Assembly: GCF_001194135.2 (NCBI RefSeq) | Contig: NC_068981.1 | Location: 139,116,933 to 139,157,454, forward strand | Direction of reading: 5' to 3' | Length of the DNA: 40,522 bases | Source: Octopus bimaculoides | Taxonomy: Eukaryota | In this document: piece after piece, positions 11,358-23,364 of the stretch | How the letters are laid out: the number at the start of each line of letters is the position of its first letter | Numbering within the stretch: position 1 is the first letter of the stretch | Translations under genes and position numbers: made by a program | Notes under the pieces: generated by a model | Databases searched by the model: none | The model's input: the letters and a program-made list of their open reading frames with translations, nothing else | What the model was told of the DNA's origin: nothing

Positions 11358-11717
11358 TCCGTCGCTCGATAACGAAGATTTATTCATTCAATTGATAGAG
11401 CAGTTGAATTATTTGCTCCTGAAGTGGGTGAGCATTCTGCAAACTCGGTAAACATTCTACGTAAGTGGTGGAGCACCCTTAACGTAATTCTCATCCAGAA
11501 TAAGCGTGACGCAGTTTGTGTGACAAGGTTGTATCTTTGAATTGTGGTCTCAAATCATCTAATGGGTTTCCATACAATTTTCTTCTACTCAGTTTCACTT
11601 ACAAAGTATGAGTAGAGTAAAGAAAAGGACATTTGCCTAAGATGCCCCACAGTGGGCTTGAATCCGGGACCTCGTGATTGCGAAGCGAACATCTTAACCA
11701 TTCGACCACACTGCACC
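11358..11717 (-). mobile_element. Old SINE combining a family A-like head with a family C-like tail
   Basis: 11620-11717 matches the family A head. 11358-11550 matches the family C tail (CCCTTAACGTA..GCGTGAC..TGTGACAAGG..TTTGAATT). Confidence 0.6.
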
Positions 11718-13985
11718 CATGCATGAGACAACCAGCAGCAACTAAAACAAAATCACCAACCAAGTGTCCAATATATGGGGAACAACACTGTCCAAGCTGG
11801 AAGAAAAGTTCTTAGAAGTACTTACTTTTTTCCAGGAGATACCGAAGCTCCTATTCTTAGACACTTTAATGGAAGACACAACTGGGCGGGCGACTGAAAA
11901 CCGTGCAGAAACTATAGAAGTATAGCATTGTGAAAGGCTTACATGTTATCCAGACTGTTGCGACGAGAGATCTGCCGTCTGTTTGTGGCTCTAAGAGTCT
12001 TGATTGCGCTTGAGAACAAGATTATCTCTGCAACAAATAATATAGTTACAAACACTTGTGCGACACGAGGGATGTAATCTTCTACTTGTCTGACGTGGTT
12101 AAAAAGCTCCAAAGAAAATACAAAGTGTCCAGAGATTATAAATGTTACAAGAATTAGGCAAGAGTAACTTTTTGTGTGCGATTACATACACACTCCCGTG
12201 AACATACAAAAACGCACGTTTTTGAAGATGAGCAAAACTACATCTTTTATAAACTGGGATCAGTTCTGAAGGAGTAACAGTAATAGAGAATGCAACCGCG
12301 CAGACAACCGGAGGTTTGAAACCGCACCTATCTTTATTACACATTCAGTACGATGAAGCTACGAAGAGCGTGATAACTTGACCAACATAACAAAATGTTC
12401 ACAGCTTGTCTGTGGTTTGAAGAAATTCGAATTGTGACTTGCGCTGAACTTGGATTATAGTGACTGAGGCCTACACCAGACGATCAGTTTTATTCTATCG
12501 TCTCGGGCTTTCTGAAACTGTAGCAAGATGAACTGAGACGGCTGGAGGTATATCAAGAATGCAGATGATCAGGACGATCTACGTATCTTCCTGCGTTCTG
12601 AGATATGCGGCCTACAGTTATGTTGAAACTTGATCACTGATAGCTGAAATTCTTCTGAACAGTTCGCCGGAATCCAGTCTTTATACGCATAAGCTGATAA
12701 CCATATGAACAATCTTACTGAGAGTTTAAAACATGTCCGTTACTCTCAATCTAGTTTTACCGATTTTCCACTACCGCTACTCAGAAAGTGGCGCACTGCT
12801 GGAGCCACCGACGAAAGCTGGGTGACAAGCGGAAGCCAGTGTTCTGAAAAAAAAAAGAGTTGGCAGCAACTTGTCAAAGGTATTGCCCCACCTTCATATA
12901 TTTATCAAAGGGCAGATAATCTCAACTTCATCTAGCCTTATGTATATATATATATATATACGTGCTTAGATACATTTGTAAATAGAACAGTTAAAATATA
13001 CAAGACTTCTTAAAGTTCGATATGTAACAATTATCATCGTTGTTATTAAAACTCCACTGATGGAACTTTTGTCTCTTCTCTCATTCTAGAAAGAATATTG
13101 ATAAACTAAAAGAAGAAATAGACGTATATATATACGGACAGAGAGATATTTAAAACTTACAAGTTATAAATCCTGATTTTTCAAGTTTGTTACTTTAATT
13201 ATCAATACACTTAATCATACTATTAAATGTTTGGACAATAACCTTAACTGAAAACAAAACGAAGAAAAATATACCAAAAACTACAAAGAATAATCTTGCT
13301 AGTTGCATATTCATTCTGAAAGCGAGGCAGTAAAAAGTATTGGCGATCCTTCCGAAGCTCAGCATGGGATTCCAAAGTGCTATTGTTTAAAGAGATTGCA
13401 AATGAAGGAGACTTGTTTCATAGATAGAAACCAGCTGCTTCTATTATATTGGCTGAATTTCAAGAATAAGAAAATGTATAATATTTTACACAAGCATGTG
13501 TACTTGTAACTACACTAGAATGGTGTTGGAAGTTATTTCGAAGTCAATTTATTCAGGAAACCACGGAGATTTTGTATTATTAATTTAATTTTGTTTAGTC
13601 TATTTCAAGGCTACGATGGAAGGAGAGTTTATTTGTTTTTAAGATAAGTTTCTTTTTAGCGAACATTTTCTGTCAAACTAATTCTCTTACCAGCAAGTTT
13701 CTTATTTAAACAATCTTTTATTTCTAAACAGAAATAGGCAACAACAACTGCAACAATAACAACAATAATAATGACTGCAACAACAACAAAAACGGTAAAT
13801 AAAACAACAACAATAACGACTGCAATAACAAAAACAATATATGAGTGATGAATTTAATTTATCTTTAGACAAACTTAACTTAGTTTAACTACGAATGAAT
13901 ATTTTGCCCCTTGGCTGTCTCTCTCTCTTTTATTTTTTCTTCTGATTTCTTTCTCTTAGTTTTGGAATTCGAATCAGAAACTCTA

Positions 13986-13988
<3 letters not shown>

Positions 13989-14047
<59 letters not shown>

Positions 14048-14435
14048 GGGGGACAGAGGGAGAGAGAGACATATGCACATACGCACACATATTTATATAC
14101 ATAGATACATACCTATATATTTACATATGTATATGTACATATGTGTGTGATTGTATATACACACACACACACATATATATATATGTATGTATACACACGC
14201 ACGCACGCACACATATATATGCATATATATGTGCAGCAACACATAACATACATGAAAAGACACCCGTACACGCACATATATGCAGACAAGCACACTCACG
14301 TGCGCACACTTTCACACTCATATGCACAGCCTTGTTTATCCCATATACCCACATATGTATATATTTACGTTGCGTTTATATTGTATGCAAGTATATATAT
14401 GTAAAAGTATTATATGTATTTACGTATATATACGT
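13989..14435. repeat. (AT)n(AG)n and degenerate (AC/AT)n low-complexity tract
   Basis: Directly visible. Confidence 0.9.
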
Positions 14436-14904
14436 GCCAGAGGAGTGGCGCCATATTTAACAGGTTCATGTAAGTTCATAAGCACGCCATTTATCAAATA
14501 GAAATTCTCAGTACTCAGAGTTGGAGAAGAATTAGTAGCTAGCGACACTTTAGTAACGAAAGTAATAACTGTTGAAGCGATAAGAATAATTGCAACATCT
14601 CTCCATGTGTGCAAATCAAATAAATTATAAATCAAATTCTTATACATACTTAGGTACATACACATGATACATGCATACGTAAAACACACAAACGTACAAT
14701 ACATACATGCAAATATACTTATATATATATATATGCATGCACATTTATTCGAACAGAGATATAGGTGTAGATAGATGGGTAGATAGATAGATAGGTGAAT
14801 TTGTAGATAGAGAAGTAGATAGATACGCCTATACATATATTCGTACATTTATAAATAAACGGGTAACTAGAAGAGTAAACAGACAGACAGAAAGATAGAT
14901 AGAT

Positions 14905-15095
14905 AGATACATTTCTTTTATTAGCCACACAGGGCTCAACGAAGATGGGACAAATACAATGTAGAGCTTTTCTTTTTGGGAGGGGGAAGGAAGGAAAAAA
15001 AAAAAAAAAAAATTGGTGGTGTCGATCAAAAGGGATCGTAGGAAGGGAAAAAGGGGGTGTTCGATCAAAAGGGATCGAAAAAAAAAAGAAAATAA
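14905..15095 (-). mobile_element. Probable LINE/SINE 3' tail with two identical stem-loops
   Basis: Two CGATC-CCTTTT-GATCG hairpins on the minus strand, ending in CTAATAAAAGAAA before a microsatellite. Confidence 0.4.
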
Positions 15096-15504
15096 NNNNN
15101 NNNNNNNNNNNNNNNNNNNNNNNNNNNNNNNNNNNNNNNNNNNNNNNNNNNNNNNNNNNNNNNNNNNNNNNNNNNNNNNNNNNNNNNNNNNNNNNNNNNN
15201 NNNNNNNNNNNNNNNNNNNNNNNNNNNNNNNNNNNNNNNNNNNNNNNNNNNNNNNNNNNNNNNNNNNNNNNNNNNNNNNNNNNNNNNNNNNNNNNNNNNN
15301 NNNNNNNNNNNNNNNNNNNNNNNNNNNNNNNNNNNNNNNNNNNNNNNNNNNNNNNNNNNNNNNNNNNNNNNNNNNNNNNNNNNNNNNNNNNNNNNNNNNN
15401 NNNNNNNNNNNNNNNNNNNNNNNNNNNNNNNNNNNNNNNNNNNNNNNNNNNNNNNNNNNNNNNNNNNNNNNNNNNNNNNNNNNNNNNNNNNNNNNNNNNN
15501 NNNN

Positions 15505-15835
15505 GTCTGTCCTTGGCTGGCCTCAAATCTCACCTGCGAACCCATGGAAAACAAACCTCACCCAGCTATTCTGATTATATGTCTGTGCACACGTTTGAAT
15601 GTGGTGTGTGCCAGAGGGTTTGCAAATCCAATGGGGGTCTTAAAAGACATGTTAGGATCCACAATGAGCAGAACTTACTTGCAGGTATTGGTAGTGCAAA
15701 TCAGAGGTGCAATCTGTGTGGGTGTTTTTTCAAAACACTGTCTGGTTTAAAAAGCCACATCAGACGCCATGAAAGGGCTAAGGTGTAGGTGCAGGAGGTG
15801 GTCAAACTCTGTTTAAGGAGTAGACAACCACCATA
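15505..15835 (+). mobile_element. Open frame with three C2H2 zinc fingers, probably the 3' end of an RTE-type LINE ORF
   Basis: LSLAGLKSHLRTH, CGVCQRVCKSNGGLKRHVRIH and CNLCGCFFKTLSGLKSHIRRH, with a stop at 15786-88. There are no TGEKP linkers. A ~45-nt 3' UTR is followed by a microsatellite tail. Confidence 0.6.
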
Positions 15836-15965
<130 letters not shown>

Positions 15966-16240
15966 CACATACACAAAAACACATGCAAAACACACAAGTA
16001 CATGAGTATTTATGCATCTTCCTACATTTCAGATAAATAAACGTACGCCATGCTTTCCCTGTCTCAAACACAAATACTCACACACACATATTCAATCATA
16101 ATCTCTTTCAGAGAAACACTGTAACAGTCTTTGTGCCTCTATATGCATCAAGTCTGTTGCTGGTTGGGTTTGTATATATAACAATATAGTTAATATTCAT
16201 ACGCAAAAACACATAAGTAAACTCATAAACTCATACATAT

Positions 16241-16335
16241 AGGCGCAGGAGTGGCTGTGTGGTAAGTAGCTTGCTCACCAANNNNNNNNNNCAGTCAAAT
16301 GACTGAAACAAGTAAAAGAGTAAAGAGTAAAAGAG
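16241..16335 (+). mobile_element. Family A SINE, body collapsed into a 10-N gap
   Basis: Head GGCGCAGGAGTGGCTGTGTGGTAAG and tail CAGTCAAATGACTGAAACAAGTAAAAGAGTA flank the gap. Confidence 0.75.
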
Positions 16336-16875
16336 TATACAGAAACACGTAAGTAAACTGAAACGCACATATACACACATATCTATATGTATGCATGTTA
16401 TATATGAATGTAAGAATAAATATCTATCTATCTATCTATCTACATACATTCTGTGCATCTGTCTATCCCTCCTACTCTCTGTTTTCTTTGTTTATCAATC
16501 TGTCTACCTGTCTGCTTGTGAGTCTCTGCACTTGCTTCCTGTCCCTTTGTCTACCTCTTCACCCATCCACATTTCCTTTCTCTCTGTCTATTTGTCCGTC
16601 TGCATACATCTTGTCTACCTGTCTATTTATCATCCATTCCATCCTACCTACATCTATCTCTCCCTCCCTCTCAGCACATTTTATTTTTTCTTAATTCCTT
16701 CAGGTCACAATACCAGAAAGAGGCTGGCTGTTTCTCACACCGCATCCCACCAAACAACACATCATAATCTTATTTTATTTCTCACAACGTTGTACTTATA
16801 AATGTTTAACTAGAAAAAAAAGTTTAAATAATTTCAGTTTTTACTTCAGATTCCTGGCAGATTAGCTTATATATG

Positions 16876-17249
16876 TGGAGGCGCAATGGCCCAGTGGTTA
16901 GGGCAGCGGACTCGCGGTCATAGGATCGATTCACAGACCGGGCGTTGTGAGTGTTTATTGAGCGAAGACACCTGAAGCTCCACGAGGTTCCGGCAGGGGA
17001 TGGTGGCGAACCCTGATGTACTCTTTCACCACAGCTTTCACTCACTCTTTCTTCCTGTTTCTGTTGTACCTGTATTTCAAAGGGTCAGCCTTGTCACACT
17101 GTGTCACGCTGAATATCCCCGAGAACTACGTTAAGGGTACACGTGTATGTGGAGTGCTCAGCCACTTGCACGTTAATTTCACGAGTAGGCTGTTCCGTCG
17201 ATCGGATCGACTGGAACCCTCGACGTCGTAAGAGACGGAGTGCCGACAA
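16876..17249 (+). mobile_element. tRNA-derived SINE, family C, with 22-bp TSD
   Basis: TSD CTGGCAGATTAGCTTATATATG at 16854-16875 and 17250-17271. The A box is TGGCCCAGTGG. Confidence 0.9.
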
Positions 17250-17419
17250 CTGGCAGATTAGCTTATATATGGTATTTTTTTCATTNNNNNNNNNNNNNNN
17301 NNNNNNNNNNNNNNNNNNNNNNNNNNNNNNNNNNNNNNNNNNNNNNNNNNNNNNNNNNNNNNNNNNNNNNNNNNNNNNNNNNNNNNNNNNNNNNNNNNNN
17401 NNNNNNNNNNNNNNNNNNN

Positions 17420-17705
17420 GGTGGCGAACCCTGATGTACTCTTTCACCACAGCTTTTACTCACTCTTTCTTCCTGTTTCTGTTGTACCTGTATTTCAAAG
17501 GGTCAGCCTTGTCACACTGTGTCACGCTGAATATCCCCGAGAACTACGTTAAGGGTACACGTGTATGTGGAGTGCTCAGCCACTTGCACGTTAATTTCAC
17601 GAGTAGGCTGTTCCGTCGATCGGATCGACTGGAACCCTCGACGTCGTAAGAGACGGAGTGCCGACAACTGGCAGATTAGCTTATATATGGTATTTTTTTC
17701 ATTTA
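17420..17705 (+). repeat. Near-identical duplicate of ~17001-17285 across a gap (probable assembly redundancy)
   Basis: It includes the unique flank beyond the TSD. One difference was seen (CTTTCAC vs CTTTTAC). Confidence 0.8.
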
Positions 17706-17799
17706 CCTGTAAAGCCTGACTTTTCAAGATAATTACTTAATAATGTAATTAAGAGCATCACGATTTAAAGGAAAGGATCCTTGATAAGGATAGTTGTGG

Positions 17800-18200
17800 G
17801 CTGCTGGGGGGTTTTGTGGGGGTGTTCATTCTGTAATGCCCTGACTGGTCTTGGAATGCAGCAAAGAGGAGGGTCATAAATTACATGCCTGTAGCTACAG
17901 AGAGGACACCAGGTGGCTTTGGATAAAGAGGGACATACCGATGCTTTTCTGCCAATGGGATGCAAGCTGGAGTTTGATTAACGCTGGTTGGTTCACTAGT
18001 AGGAGGGTGTCTGATGTTGAATGACCCGAAATTCGCTCAGATCTTAGAGACATTTCTGATGATACAACCAAGAACATCCGTGAGATGTATTTTGGAATTA
18101 AAAAAATAAAATGAACTTTTGAATAAAATTCAAGTTTGTTACAATCGAAACACCTTTGAATCTTGGCTTGTTCGATCAAAAATGACCGAATACTAATCAA
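17800..18200 (-). pseudogene. Possible decayed LINE coding fragment
   Basis: Weak APE-like pieces (GMSLFIQSHL, VIYDPP). Not decisive. Confidence 0.2.
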
Positions 18201-19576
18201 CTGTCAAAGAAGCCTGTTCGCAGAACTGTTAGATTAGCAGATAGACTGTTTTCTAGCAATCGTTCTGGCTTTCTGTGTTCGAGGTCACCTTTACTTTTCA
18301 TCCTTTTAGGGTTGATAAATAAAATGCTGAGAAGATTGTTTGCTTGTTTGTTTGTTATTTTTCTTACTGTGTATGTCTGCTTGTCTGTCTACCTTTCTGA
18401 AAGAAATCGGCCACGCTGAAACCTGGGGAGTGATAGGAAGCACCACGTATAACAAATTCCCGCCCCACCTGACTTGCTGTGTATTATGACGTCGATCCTA
18501 TGATTCCACCAAGGAGTCGCGAGTCCAAAGCAAAACAATGCAAACAACCATCACCAGTACCNNNNNNNNNNNNNNNNNNNNNNNNNNNNNNNNNNNNNNN
18601 NNNNNNNNNNNNNNNNNNNNNNNNNNNNNNNNNNNNNNNNNNNNNNNNNNNNNNNNNNNNNNNNNNNNNNNNNNNNNNNNNNNNNNNNNNNNNNNNNNNN
18701 NNNNNNNACCACCGCCGCCGCTGCCGCCGCCGCCACCACCACCACCACCACCACCACTTAGTGTACCAATAATTTACAAAGTACAAATGAAAATTCATAG
18801 TCTGTTTAGAGAAGCTGTGGAGTTCGAAACTGCAATCGCTATTTCTCTCTCTATATATATATATTCGCTTTCTACGTTAATAGAGAACGATATATTCACC
18901 TCTACTGGGTTGCTAGATAATTTCCACCACAACTCAAGATAATTTTTGTTTTTCTAAGACACAGAAAACTAATTCAGCCTTTAAATTTGTCAGAGATTTT
19001 GACAGTAATATCCACCAATTTCCCTTATATCGAAATATATGAATGTATTCAAAATCAGTTGCATTATCGATATGACATTAGTTCCAGTACGGTCCGGTCC
19101 TATTTACGGATAGCCTTGTATATTGTTTTAGCAAGCAGATTACACTCCATAGGAAGGTAATATTTTCATGACATTTTAGAGCATCAGTTAATCCCATGTG
19201 TCATGTTTTCCACAGATATATATGATATAATCGACATTTTCAATCTCATCTTGAGGATTTAAGGGCTTCGCTGACCATTTTGTTCAACAGATACTTTGTG
19301 GTTATTTCTTGATCTTGAAGTATAAACGCATGATTTTCGAAATGTGATGTGATGTAATGATCACGAGTCCCAGAAAGGTTACATATCGCGTCAATATTTG
19401 CATCGCTCCCAACACTATGTATCTATTTATACATGTATCTATATATTCATGAATCCATGTACGCACTTACGTATGTATGCTTACATGTATGCGCGTATGT
19501 ATGTATGTATGCATGCGCGTATGTATGTATGTATGCGCGTATGTATGTATGTATGTATGTATGTATGTATGTATGT

Positions 19577-19715
19577 ATGCATTGCTTGCAATCACGTGGT
19601 TTCGGTTTCAGTCTCACTGCACGGAACTTAAGCAATTGTCTTCAACTGCAAACCCGGGCCGGCCAGTGCTTTGTGAGTGAATTTGGAAAACGGAAACTAT
19701 GTGAAAGCCCTGTAG
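19577..19715 (+). mobile_element. Diverged family A SINE fragment
   Basis: GGTTTCAGTCTCACTGC..GCTTTGTGAGTGAATTTGG..CGGAAACT motifs. Confidence 0.65.
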
Positions 19716-19844
19716 TTGCACTGTGTATCATATTATTGGAAGTAGACAAGATAATGATACTCTTAATTCATCAGTTGCAGGCGTACATCAAACTGTACAC
19801 ATAGGAAATACTCTAAACTACATCTTGTTTATCATATATATATA

Positions 19845-20045
19845 TATGAGAATTTACGAAAAAAACAACAGACGAAGACAAGTGGTGTAAACAACAAATA
19901 GATGTATTAGTATAACGCTCGGGAATAGAGGAAGTCTTTGACGTTTCGAGCCTACGCTCTTCAACTGAAAGGAACACTGAAGGATACAAGGAGAGAAACA
20001 AGGAGAGAAAAAAAATAAATGTAGTGGTCAGCGATCTATCATGAT
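19845..20045 (-). mobile_element. ~190-bp Penelope pLTR-like repeat, copy 2, with HHR-like motif (19936-19971)
   Basis: The minus strand reads CTTT-CAGTTGA-A-GAGC-GTAG-GCTC-GAAACGTC-AAAG. Homologous to 31-221. Confidence 0.65.
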
Positions 20046-20199
20046 ATATANNNNNNNNNNNNNNNNNNNNNNNNNNNNNNNNNNNNNNNNNNNNNNNNNN
20101 NNNNNNNNNNNNNNNNNNNNNNNNNNNNNNNNNNNNNNNNNNNNNNNNNNNNNNNNNNNNNNNNNNNNNNNNNATATATATATATATATATATATATAT

Positions 20200-20405
20200 A
20201 TGGGTGTCTGTGTTTGTCCTTTTCACAGTTGACAACCAGCATTGGTTTGTTCACGTCCCTTTAACTTGTTGGGTCGGCAAAAGAAACAAATAGAATAAGT
20301 TTCAAACTAAAAAAAAAAAGAACCGTGGTTGATTTGATCGACTAAATCCTTCAAGGTAGTATTCCAGCATGGCCGCGGTTCAATGACTTAAGTAAAAGAA
20401 TGAAA
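20200..20405 (+). mobile_element. Family A SINE 3' part
   Basis: TTGACAACC..CGGCAAAAG..CCAGCATGGCCGC..AAGTAAAAGA tail. Confidence 0.7.
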
Positions 20406-20446
20406 GAACACGTGTTTTTTACTGGATTTGTTTTCAAAATTAAATT

Positions 20447-21180
20447 TCTCATTAGGCGTGACTGTGTGGTTCAGAAGCTTGTTTTCCAACTGTGCCGTTT
20501 TGGGTTCAGTCTTAGTGCTCAGCACCTTAGGTGAGTGCCTTCTACTATAATCCTGGACTAGCCAAAGCCCTGTGAGTGGATTTGGTAGGTAGGCGGGAAC
20601 TGAAAGTAAGCAGTCATGCGTATGTCTGCATGCATGTGTATGTATGTGTGTGTGTGTGTGTGTGTGTGTGCCAGTGTGTGTGTGTGCGAGTGTGTGCGTG
20701 TATGTGTGTGTGCGCGCGCGTGTATGTGTGTCCTTGTATTTATAGTGTGTTTGTCTCACCAACGCTCGCCAGCCGGTGTTGGTTTCTTTACGGTCTCATA
20801 GCTTAAACGTTCGGCAAAAGATCTTGACACAATAAGTATCAGAATTAAAAAAATAAGTTACGGAAGGGGAGCGCTAAGCAGTGAAATGTATAAACGCTAT
20901 GTTACTAGTTCAAATATGCGTGTGACACGCTTGGACTCGTAAATAAGCTATTCACTGTGTTTTGTTAAATTTTCTTCACATTTTCTCCATGAGAAATTTT
21001 CCCAATGACAAAGCACAGTGAATGACTTATTTACGAGTCTATACCTGCCACACGCATATTTAAACTATGTAATGTTATTACATTAAAAAAGAAAAGTTCT
21101 AGGAGTGATTTGTTTGACTAAACCCTTCAAAGTGGTGACTCAAAATGGCTGCGGTCCTATGGCTGAAACAAGTAATGGAT
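20447..21180 (+). mobile_element. Diverged family A SINE with its tail interrupted by a ~240-bp hairpin element (~20860-21098)
   Basis: Head and core at 20447-20630, (TG)n, tail to ~20859. The tail resumes at ~21099. Insert IR arms lie at 20906-20965 and 21008-21067. Confidence 0.6.
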
Positions 21181-21383
21181 AACAAATTACATGGTTTCTA
21201 ACTACATAGAAAAAGGTACCTTCAGAGGAATTTAGACAACGCATAAATGTTTGTGTTTTGAGATTTATTAAAGTTCTTAACAATCAAGTGACAAGATGAT
21301 TGCTTTCGGTGAGTGAAGATCGTTCGAGGGATTCGTGAATATATAATGAGTTATGCGTTATAGGTGGACATATCTGCTCCCAC

Positions 21384-21424
<41 letters not shown>

Positions 21425-21599
21425 TGGTTACTGTTTATGTATGCGTGTGTATGTGTGTGTATATGTATGTGGTTCTATGCCATAATCTCATGTGATTGTG
21501 TACACGTGTCAGTTCTAAGAAATTTTCTTTTAGGAATGTTAAGAATGTTTTGGAAGTCTTCCTTGTAACAGTAATCGATTGAATTGGGAGGATGCGAGA

Positions 21600-21895
21600 A
21601 GTATCGATCAATCAATCAATCAATCACTTTATCAATCAATCGAAGGAGAGATAGAGGGGGGAAGAAGAAGGAAGGAGAAAGAGAGAAGGGAAAGCGCTCG
21701 CGCGAAATAGATTGATAAATAGATAGTGAGAGAGAAAGAGAGAGAGGGAAGAAGAGGGAGGGAGAGTGAAAGAGAGTGAAAGAGAGTGAAAGAGAGAGAG
21801 AGAGAGAGAGGGAAGGGAGAGAGGGGGAGAGAGAGAAAGCATGCGCGAGAAAAAGATAGATACACTGATAGATAAATAGATAGATAGATAAATAG

Positions 21896-21926
<31 letters not shown>

Positions 21927-21960
21927 GATAGAGAAAGAGAGAGAGAGAAAGGAGAAAGAG
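21600..21960. repeat. (ATCA)n, (AG)n-rich and (ATAG)n tracts
   Basis: Directly visible. Confidence 0.9.
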
Positions 21961-23364
21961 GAGAATCGACTTCAGCGCTGGTCTAATGCATTATTTGTTA
22001 ATCCAAACGGAGGGCAGGCAAAGTTGACTTGATCACAAAATGTAGGGAGCCGGAACAAATAACCCAAGACATTCTATCTGAGGCATTAGAATTTCTGCCA
22101 TTTCAGTGCCTTCCGCCCTTCCACCCTACCTCCATCAAACCATCCATCCAACCACCCACACATGCACACAACATACAAACATACATACATACATACATAC
22201 ATACATGCATACACACTTACTCACACACATACACACAAATATACATTTGAAAAAATGAATGGAGATGGCTTTTTTTTTGGATAATTTTGATTTCANNNNN
22301 NNNNNNNNNNNNNNNNNNNNNNNNNNNNNNNNNNNNNNNNNNNNNNNNNNNNNNNNNNNNNNNNNNNNNNNNNNNNNNNNNNNNNNNNNNNNNNNNNNNN
22401 NNNNNNNNNNNNNNNNNNNNNNNNNNNNNNNNNNNNNNNNNNNNNNNNNNNNNNNNNNNNNNNNNNNNNNNNNNNNNNNNNNNNNNNNNNNNNNNNNNNN
22501 NNNNNNNNNNNNNNNNNNNNNNNNNNNNNNNNNNNNNNNNNNNNNNNNNNNNNNNNNNNNNNNNNNNNNNNNNNNNNNNNNNNNNNNNNNNNNNNNNNNN
22601 NNNNNNNNNNNNNNNNNNNNNNNNNNNNNNNNNNNNNNNNNNNNNNNNNNNNNNNNNNNNNNNNNNNNNNNNNNNNNNNNNNNNNNNNNNNNNNNNNNNN
22701 NNNNNNNNNNNNNNNNNNNNNNNNNNNNNNNNNNNNNNNNNNNNNNNNNNNNNNNNNNNNNNNNNNNNNNNNNNNNNNNNNNNNNNNNNNNNNNNNNNNN
22801 NNNNNNNNNNNNNNNNNNNNNNNNNNNNNNNNNNNNNNNNNNNNNNNNNNNNNNNNNNNNNNNNNNNNNNNNNNNNNNNNNNNNNNNNNNNNNNNNNNNN
22901 NNNNNNNNNNNNNNNNNNNNNNNNNNNNNNNNNNNNNNNNNNNNNNNNNNNNNNNNNNNNNNNNNNNNNNNNNNNNNNNNNNNNNNNNNNNNNNNNNNNN
23001 NNNNNNNNNNNNNNNNNNNNNNNNNNNNNNNNNNNNNNNNNNNNNNNNNNNNNNNNNNNNNNNNNNNNNNNNNNNNNNNNNNNNNNNNNNNNNNNNNNNN
23101 NNNNNNNNNNNNNNNNNNNNNNNNNNNNNNNNNNNNNNNNNNNNNNNNNNNNNNNNNNNNNNNNNNNNNNNNNNNNNNNNNNNNNNNNNNNNNNNNNNNN
23201 NNNNNNNNNNNNNNNNNNNNNNNNNNNNNNNNNNNNNNNNNNNNNNNNNNNNNNNTGAAAAATAGACCTTAGATCGTCTAACCACATACAATATTTTTCA
23301 CTATAAATACACAGCGTACTGAAACGAGGAAAGCAAGGTAACAGAAAATTTTTTAAAATTGGTT

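Noticed and set aside
13303-13509. Short ORF with protein-like pieces
   Set aside because: All frames are interrupted or unrecognisable, with no supporting splice signals.
18798-18835. CTGTTTAGAGAAGCTGTGGAGTTCGAAACTG, vaguely HHR-like
   Set aside because: The core is too divergent and there is no stem I or NUH.
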